64,000 bases of DNA, from sequence record MN106245.1, one strand, 5' to 3'. Made by a program: the position numbers and the translations under genes. The DNA is from Klebsiella phage EI. Positions 56,069 through 64,000 of the stretch are shown here, in pieces; the stretch's first letter is position 1; the number at the start of each line of letters is the position of its first letter. Under the pieces are notes generated by a model. It had not been told where the DNA came from, searched no databases, and saw only the letters and a list, made by a program, of their open reading frames with translations.

Positions 56069-56721
56069 TGATTTTTACTAAAACACGTGAAGGGGCTAAG
56101 GTCCCTTCAAGAGAAGCTAACTATCTTCAGTTTGAATTAGACCCTGAAGATATTTCTGTAGGTGATCAAGTTCCTTATGGGTCGGTCACACTAAAACAAA
56201 CACAACACGGTGTTTGGTATCCTAATATCCAGGCAGCAATAGATGATGTCCGTGCGATGATCCCTAGTGATGTCGGAGAAGTTGTTACTAATGTAACAGG
56301 TATTAGCCCAGGGAAAACGCAACAAATTACTCGGGCTGTTTTTTCTGGTGTTGTCAAATTAGAAGACGAAACCTCTGAAGAAATAGTTGAGATTCTAGGT
56401 GTTGCCGTTAAACTTAAAAACGGCGATACCGCCGAGATAGCTGCTGCTAAATGGCTCAACATCCTTGAGTCTATGGTTGCTGATAAGATTGCTATTGCAG
56501 CAGTTTTTAGCTCTGCTTCTACCCAGAATATCGTAGATATTACTCATCTGGATTACCAGAACCATACTTTCGAAACTTTTAAATGGAACGGTATTACAGT
56601 TAACTTTAGTGTTTTGTCTCCTGCTAAACAAGGTTACGGAAGTTGGAACTTTTTAGGTAGCGAAGATAAAGTATTTGCTAGTAATACTGTTCGCTTCCAT
56701 TATTTCCAGAGGATCTCGTAA
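56068..56721 (+). CDS. 11: baseplate wedge protein gp11 (short-fibre attachment)
   Basis: 217 aa. Confidence 0.8.
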   Translation: MIFTKTREGAKVPSREANYLQFELDPEDISVGDQVPYGSVTLKQTQHGVWYPNIQAAIDDVRAMIPSDVGEVVTNVTGISPGKTQQITRAVFSGVVKLEDETSEEIVEILGVAVKLKNGDTAEIAAAKWLNILESMVADKIAIAAVFSSASTQNIVDITHLDYQNHTFETFKWNGITVNFSVLSPAKQGYGSWNFLGSEDKVFASNTVRFHYFQRIS

Positions 56722-58076
56722 TGGCTCAAAATAACTTTCAGCACTATAGTGACTTAGCTGAATACACAATTTTTAAGCCGGCTAATACAGATTGGCCGGC
56801 TTCTGTAGATAATGTCCAAAAAGCATTATCAATGATCGGCGACTGGTCTCGTACTGATGTAGGTTTACCTGTAGCAACACCTACAACTCCGGGTATTGTG
56901 GCTATAGCTACTCAAACTGAAGTAGATGCCGGCAAAGTAACAAATAAATTTGTTAGCCCGGCCACATTAAAATCTGTTATCACCAGACCAGACGCAACGA
57001 CCGCAGTAAAAGGCTTGACCAGATATGCTACTAATGCCGAAGCTGCTGGATTAGCTATCGGTAATGCCGCTATAGTTCCTTCTGCATTAGGTCATGTTTT
57101 TACTAATGTAACGGCTACTGAAACTAGATTTGGTACTATTAAGCTGGCCACTTATGATATGGGACAAGCTGGTACCGATGATACTACAGCTGTGACTCCG
57201 AAGCGAGTTGTAGAAATGATTGCGGCCCATTCAGCCAATCCTCCTTCATATACGATGGCGACAGAAACTAATTTAGGATTAGTTAAATTAGCTACTAGCG
57301 CTCAAATTCAGCAAGGGACTTTAGGAGATGGATACGCTATATCACCTAAAGGGTTGCTTGGCGCTAAAGCATCTGAATCTAAATTTGGTGTTATTCGTTT
57401 ATCTACTGCATCTGAAACAGCCGCCGGGACTTTAGATTCTGTAGCGGTTTCTCCTAAGCAATTGATGGCCCTTCGCGGTTCTACATCCCAATACGGATTA
57501 GTCCAGCTATCAGGTGTTCCTCAGTCAGGCCAAACTGCTGCGAGAGCTGATGCCGTCGTGTTTAAAACAACTACCGTAAATGGTAAGCCTTTATCCGGAA
57601 ATATTACTTTAAGTGCCGGGGACGTAAATGCTTGGTCTAAAGGTGAAGCTGATAACCGCTTTATGCCTAAAGACAGGATGGTCGGTAATATTACTCGCAT
57701 TGAAGGAGCCACATATCTTAACTACAGAGGAAATAATGGTAGTCCGGATACTTGGTATTGTCAAAGTCCATGGGAAGGCTTTTCTACTGTAGGTATGAAC
57801 GTTGTTTGTAAATTTGAAAGAAACTACGACGGCGATGATAACCGTATTTTCCAGTTCTATGTTCGTGTTAATGGGCAAAGACAAGGCGGAATACTTACAT
57901 TAAATATAGAAAATACTAAAGGCGGAAGAAACGGTCATTCCTGGAGATTCGAGGCGTATGCATCTGGTAATTTCCGGTTCGGCAATATTCCTCCAGGAGC
58001 TAGAGTTGACCTTGAACCTGTTCAATGGCACCGGGTTTTACATGTAGACGTATTGGCCACATTCTGCACAAATTAA
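56721..58076 (+). CDS. 12: short tail fibre gp12
   Basis: 451 aa; multiple G-x-V-x-LAT...GT...A-x-SP repeats typical of gp12. Confidence 0.85.
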   Translation: MAQNNFQHYSDLAEYTIFKPANTDWPASVDNVQKALSMIGDWSRTDVGLPVATPTTPGIVAIATQTEVDAGKVTNKFVSPATLKSVITRPDATTAVKGLTRYATNAEAAGLAIGNAAIVPSALGHVFTNVTATETRFGTIKLATYDMGQAGTDDTTAVTPKRVVEMIAAHSANPPSYTMATETNLGLVKLATSAQIQQGTLGDGYAISPKGLLGAKASESKFGVIRLSTASETAAGTLDSVAVSPKQLMALRGSTSQYGLVQLSGVPQSGQTAARADAVVFKTTTVNGKPLSGNITLSAGDVNAWSKGEADNRFMPKDRMVGNITRIEGATYLNYRGNNGSPDTWYCQSPWEGFSTVGMNVVCKFERNYDGDDNRIFQFYVRVNGQRQGGILTLNIENTKGGRNGHSWRFEAYASGNFRFGNIPPGARVDLEPVQWHRVLHVDVLATFCTN

Positions 58077-58085
58077 GGATTCTTA

Positions 58086-59852
58086 ATGATTATTAAGCTT
58101 GAAACTTTACCCAATGTAACTAAAGACCCAGGCGAGTCTCAAAAACGAATTGCCTGGATTAAAAATGGAGAGCCGCTTAATGCAGCTTCTACTCGTTACG
58201 GCCACGAAGGCGAACTTAACCGAGTCGGCGTTCAACTCCAAGAGAACATAGAATTCGTTCACCATGAAGTAGAACGAACTGTAGAACAATTAAACAAGAA
58301 CAGTACTGAAATCGAATCTATTAAAGAATCTTTAGAAATTACCACTGATGTTGATGCAGTAACTCAGGTTTATAAAAACCGTGATGACATTGTACTGGTT
58401 AATTCTGAATTAGATCTTCATGAACAAGAAATAGCTTCTTTAAAAGAATCTTCAACAAAGTTAACTGCTGAAGTAGGCGTATATAACCCGAACTTAGATC
58501 CTAAACACCGTACCGTCCGTGGGGATATTGTATTCATCAAAGATGAAATGGGTTCTTATCCCGGACAGAATAAAAACGGTGAAGTTGATTTAAATTCTCC
58601 TGGTTCCGGCATGAAACTCCGTATCATTTCTAACAGTGACGCCATTTCTAAAGTTACTGCTAGGGTCCAAGATCTTGAAGACAATTTTATCGATTCTGAT
58701 GTAGGTGCTTTATCAGGCAGAATTGATGAAATTCGTACTGAAATAGGACCTAAAACCTTAGCAAATGGGACTTCCATTTACAGCAGAATAATTAAGGCTG
58801 ACAACGATATTGGTCTTCTTAAAACCACTCAAGAAAACATTTCTGCTGCCATTAATTTGACAGGCCCTGAAACAATTTCGTCTAGAGTATCTAATTTAGA
58901 ATCACGTACTCTATCTATTGATGCTACCGTTAATTCGGCTGGAACCGGTCTTGTTGATAAAGTAGGTGTCATTGAAGTAAAAATCGGATCAGCTTCAGAA
59001 CCGTACAGCATTTTAGGTAGATTAGATGCGATTCAAACTACCCAAGATGAAATTAAGACTGTTGTTGGAGCCGATGCATCTTCTGGTATACGCGGCCAGA
59101 TAGCTTGGATTCAGCAGAAAACAGGTATTGTTGGTCCTGGCGAAACTCCTGATCCTAGTTCTATTGAAGGTCGTTTGACTGAAGTTATCGGTGTTCAATC
59201 CCAACAACAGTCATCTATTCAGGATATCCAGGCTGAACTGGGTAATGGTACTAATGGTATCACAGGCCAATTAAATGAAGTTCGTAAAACTGTTTACGGT
59301 AATTCTAGCTCTGCAGACCCTATTGAAAAGAGTGGTCTTTTAGAGTCTGTTAAAAAGATAAATTCAGACTATGTGCAGGATGTAACTGACCTGAATGCTT
59401 ACCTCCGTACAAAAGGCCAATGGATTAAAAAATCTATGGCTATGGGTTCATTTAAAGGTAAAGACCTTCAGGCAGATTTAACCGGCAGTGATTTTGAATA
59501 TTCGTTCGGTCCTGGTCTTGTAGCTGCCGATTTTAATAATCAGATTCGCGTTATTAATAGTGAAATCGTTATCAACAACTCGGCAATTTATGAGGTGTCA
59601 GCTTCTGTTATTATCGAAAAAGCCCACGCAGATAAAGTTCTTGATTTGGTGTTTTATGTTGACGACGTTTCTGTAGATGTTAATTCTATAGGTATTAAAA
59701 CCGTAGCAGGCTATCAAGTTGTTAGCTTTGATTGGCTTGGACAGTTAGAAGAAACAGATCGTTTACGCCTAGCCATTAAAGCTGTTGAACCGGCTTCTCA
59801 AGTTGTTTTAAATGTAGAAGCTGTTGATATTACTGTAGTTCCAGCGCGCTAA
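58086..59852 (+). CDS. wac: fibritin (whisker) wac
   Basis: 588 aa segmented coiled-coil, synteny. Confidence 0.8.
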   Translation: MIIKLETLPNVTKDPGESQKRIAWIKNGEPLNAASTRYGHEGELNRVGVQLQENIEFVHHEVERTVEQLNKNSTEIESIKESLEITTDVDAVTQVYKNRDDIVLVNSELDLHEQEIASLKESSTKLTAEVGVYNPNLDPKHRTVRGDIVFIKDEMGSYPGQNKNGEVDLNSPGSGMKLRIISNSDAISKVTARVQDLEDNFIDSDVGALSGRIDEIRTEIGPKTLANGTSIYSRIIKADNDIGLLKTTQENISAAINLTGPETISSRVSNLESRTLSIDATVNSAGTGLVDKVGVIEVKIGSASEPYSILGRLDAIQTTQDEIKTVVGADASSGIRGQIAWIQQKTGIVGPGETPDPSSIEGRLTEVIGVQSQQQSSIQDIQAELGNGTNGITGQLNEVRKTVYGNSSSADPIEKSGLLESVKKINSDYVQDVTDLNAYLRTKGQWIKKSMAMGSFKGKDLQADLTGSDFEYSFGPGLVAADFNNQIRVINSEIVINNSAIYEVSASVIIEKAHADKVLDLVFYVDDVSVDVNSIGIKTVAGYQVVSFDWLGQLEETDRLRLAIKAVEPASQVVLNVEAVDITVVPAR

Positions 59853-59857
59853 AATTA

Positions 59858-59882
59858 GGGAGACCGAAGTCTCCCATTTTTG
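59858..59882 (+). terminator. rho-independent terminator after wac
   Basis: GGGAGACCGAAGTCTCCC then ATTTTTG. Confidence 0.7.
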
Positions 59883-59890
59883 TATAAATA
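59883..59890 (+). promoter_or_regulatory. late promoter TATAAATA for gene 13
   Basis: exact consensus. Confidence 0.7.
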
Positions 59891-59913
59891 TAGTTATTAT
59901 ATGAGGACTTTTT

Positions 59914-60852
59914 ATGGCCGGACAAGTTGCTAATAATCCTTCTGAATTGAAGGACCTTATCTTGCGTCGCATGGGCGCACCAATCGTAAATGTTGAATTA
60001 ACTACTGACCAAATATATGATTGTATCCAGCGAGCTCTAGAGCTCTACGGCGAATACCATTTTAACGGTCTGAACAAAGGATACCAGGTTTTCTACATTG
60101 GCACGGAAGAATCGGATAACGCCCAGTTCTTGAATGGGGTGTTTAATCTCCGAGGCCGTAATATATTTGCTATTTCCCAGATAGTACGTACTAATGTCGG
60201 CTCGATTACTTCAATGGACGGAAATGCCGCTTATCCTTGGTTTACAGACTTTCTTATGGGTATGGCTGGCATCAATGGTGGTATGGGTTCATCTTGTCAA
60301 AAAGGATATGGACCGAATGCATTCGGAGCTGACCTCGGGTATTTTACACAGCTGATGACTTACTGGTCGATGATGCAGGACCTTTTATCTCCTCTTCCGG
60401 ACTACTGGTATAACTCTGATACAGAGTTGCTCAAAATAATGGGTAACTTTATGAAGGGTGATATAATCGTTTGTGAGGTATGGACTAAATCTTATAATAA
60501 CGTAGATTGGGCCGTAGGTAATACTGCTGGGTATGGTTACGCTGGTTCTAATAATGCTAATCAATGGGGGCTTGGTGAAGTATATGACAATCCTAATAAA
60601 GGAATCACAGGCCAATTTGCCGGTGAACAGAACCGTGAAGGGGCTTATAATAATCGCTGGGTTAAAGATTACGCCCATTGTTTAGCTAAAGAACTTAATG
60701 GTCAGATTTTAGCCAAACACCAAGGTATGATGCTTCCGGGCGGTGTAACTGTTGACGGAACCCGTTTAATCGAAGAAGCCCGTATAGAAAAAGAAGCCTT
60801 ACGTGCCGAGCTTGATTTACTCGATCCTGGATGTCCTATTCTGTTGGGGTAA
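59914..60852 (+). CDS. 13: neck protein gp13
   Basis: 312 aa. Confidence 0.8.
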   Translation: MAGQVANNPSELKDLILRRMGAPIVNVELTTDQIYDCIQRALELYGEYHFNGLNKGYQVFYIGTEESDNAQFLNGVFNLRGRNIFAISQIVRTNVGSITSMDGNAAYPWFTDFLMGMAGINGGMGSSCQKGYGPNAFGADLGYFTQLMTYWSMMQDLLSPLPDYWYNSDTELLKIMGNFMKGDIIVCEVWTKSYNNVDWAVGNTAGYGYAGSNNANQWGLGEVYDNPNKGITGQFAGEQNREGAYNNRWVKDYAHCLAKELNGQILAKHQGMMLPGGVTVDGTRLIEEARIEKEALRAELDLLDPGCPILLG

Positions 60853-60855
60853 ATA

Positions 60856-61635
60856 ATGAGCACTTATAATTCGAATTTATTTGCTAAGCTCGAAGACCGT
60901 TCGGGCTACGCTAAGACCAACGAAACTGAAATTCTAAACCCGTTTGTTAACTTCAACAAGTATACTAATACCCAAACTCTAGCTGATGTGTTGGTAGCCG
61001 AAAGTATTCAGATGCGTGGAATAGAGCTTTATTATCTACCGCGCCAGTTTAACAATCCAGATCTTCTGTTTGGCGAAGACCCTCAATCAAGCTTTAATAA
61101 GGCTTGGATGTTTGCTGCTTATTTGAATAGCTTTGACGGGTATTCAGGTGACAATACGTTCTTTAGTAAGTTCGGTATGTCTGTTAATGACGAAGTAACA
61201 TTCACTATTAATCCTCGCTTGTTTAAGCACCAAGCAGATGGTAAAGAGCCTATTGCCGGTGATCTGGTTTATTTTCCGATGGATAATAGCCTATTTGAAA
61301 TAACTTGGGTAGAACCTTACGACCCGTTTTATCAAGTAGGTCAAAATGCCATGCGTAAAATAACTGCTCAGAAATATGTCTATTCTGGTGAAGAAATGCA
61401 GCCTGAACTACAGCGTAATGAAGGTATCAATATTCCTGAATTCAGTGAACTCGATCTTCAGCCTATTAAAAATATTGATGGGTTGGCTGATATCAACAAC
61501 GATCAGTACGCCGAAACAGAAGAGATTAATGCTGAAGCGGCCCAATATGTAGAACCTTTCTATGTCAATAATGGTCGAGGGAATTATGTTCCGCCAAAAT
61601 CTTCTCCTTTTGACAATGGGTTCTTAGATGATTAA
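60856..61635 (+). CDS. 14: neck protein gp14
   Basis: 259 aa. Confidence 0.8.
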   Translation: MSTYNSNLFAKLEDRSGYAKTNETEILNPFVNFNKYTNTQTLADVLVAESIQMRGIELYYLPRQFNNPDLLFGEDPQSSFNKAWMFAAYLNSFDGYSGDNTFFSKFGMSVNDEVTFTINPRLFKHQADGKEPIAGDLVYFPMDNSLFEITWVEPYDPFYQVGQNAMRKITAQKYVYSGEEMQPELQRNEGINIPEFSELDLQPIKNIDGLADINNDQYAETEEINAEAAQYVEPFYVNNGRGNYVPPKSSPFDNGFLDD

Positions 61636-61675
61636 ATAGTCTATATGCCCGGAAACCCCGGGCTCTGGAGATAAA

Positions 61676-62495
61676 ATGTTTGGTTTTTGGTACAATTCGT
61701 CCTTGCGTAGATATATCGTGTTGATGGGTGATTTGTTTTCCCATGTCCAAGTAGCACGTCTACGTAATGACCAAGGCCTTAAATATATTAAAGTCCCTAT
61801 TTCGTATGCATCTAAAGAAAAATTTATGTTGCAACTTAATAAGTGGACTGCTGTTCAATCTACTGAAGATAAAGCAAAAATAGAAACTATTCTTCCAAGA
61901 ATGAATCTTCATTTAGTAGATATGCAATACAACGCAGCTTTTAAAACTTCCCAGCTTAATAGGACTAAGTCTCAGACTCAAGATGGCAAAACTCCTGTCT
62001 CGCAGTATAACCCTACTCCTATTAAGATGATTTTTGAGCTTGGAATCTATACTCGTCATCAAGATGATATGTATCAGATTGTCGAGCAAATTTTACCGTA
62101 TTTTCAGCCACACTTTAACACAACTATCCACGAGCTTTATCCTAACAATATTCAATTCAAGCGTGATATAAAAATAGTTCTTCAAAGTATTGCGCCGGAT
62201 GAACAGGTTGATGGTGGCGCTAATTCGAGGCGTCGCCTTGAGTGGTCTATTATGTTTGAAGTAAACGGCTGGCTTTATCCACCTGTTGCTGAACTTGAAG
62301 GTGAGATCAAAACAGTTTATTTGGACTTCTTTGCAAACAGTAAAGAACTTTCCCATAATGATAATTTTGAATCTGTTGATACAGAAGTAGTCCCTAGGCA
62401 TATAGAATCTGCTGAATGGGATGGTTCGTATGAACAAAGCTATTCTCAAAATATTCCTATTCCGTCAGGAGATGTTCCTCCTGGAGTGAGGCGAA

Positions 62496-62503
<8 letters not shown>
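61676..62503 (+). CDS. 15: tail sheath stabiliser / tail terminator gp15
   Basis: 275 aa. Confidence 0.8.

Positions 62504-64000
<1,497 letters not shown>

Overview
This window reads as one contiguous, syntenic stretch of a T4-like (Tevenvirinae) myovirus genome. No mobile elements other than one possible homing-endonuclease gene and one composition-shifted insertion are visible, and there is no CRISPR array.

Gene order matches T4 from gene 46 to gene 17:
- 1-44,060 (minus strand, early/middle genes): recombination nuclease gp46/gp47, late sigma gp55, nrdH, endonuclease VII (gp49), nrdC, rI, tk, regB, denV, internal proteins, lysozyme e, nudE, two tRNA/small-RNA clusters, an ipI-like gene, 57B/57A, and gp1-gp3-gp2-gp4.
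- 44,100-64,000 (plus strand, late genes): baseplate and neck module gp53, gp5, 5.1, 5.4, gp6-gp12, wac, gp13-gp15, terminase small subunit gp16, and the 5' part of gp17. Terminator hairpins are followed by canonical TATAAATA late promoters.

Between the conserved core genes lie many small accessory ORFs, and this is where the most interesting content is:
- Two ADP-ribose-processing enzymes: a NADAR/YbiA-like protein and a macro-domain protein.
- A Lar-like restriction-alleviation zinc-finger protein.
- Four internal-protein paralogs with the conserved MKTYKEF capsid-targeting leader.
- A PspA/IM30-like protein, a Pol-beta-type nucleotidyltransferase, and a putative 2OG-Fe oxygenase-like protein.
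- A tandem family of four small proteins ending in W-x-SS-x-x-C; one member is split by an AT-rich insertion bounded by 51-bp direct repeats.
- A recurring roughly 40-bp early-promoter-like module with dyad symmetry, found in at least 14 intergenic gaps.

The tRNA region has atypical members and a 440-bp structured non-coding gap, detailed in the findings. Several ORF starts were refined by eye. Some ORFs in the supplied track begin with TTG rather than ATG.
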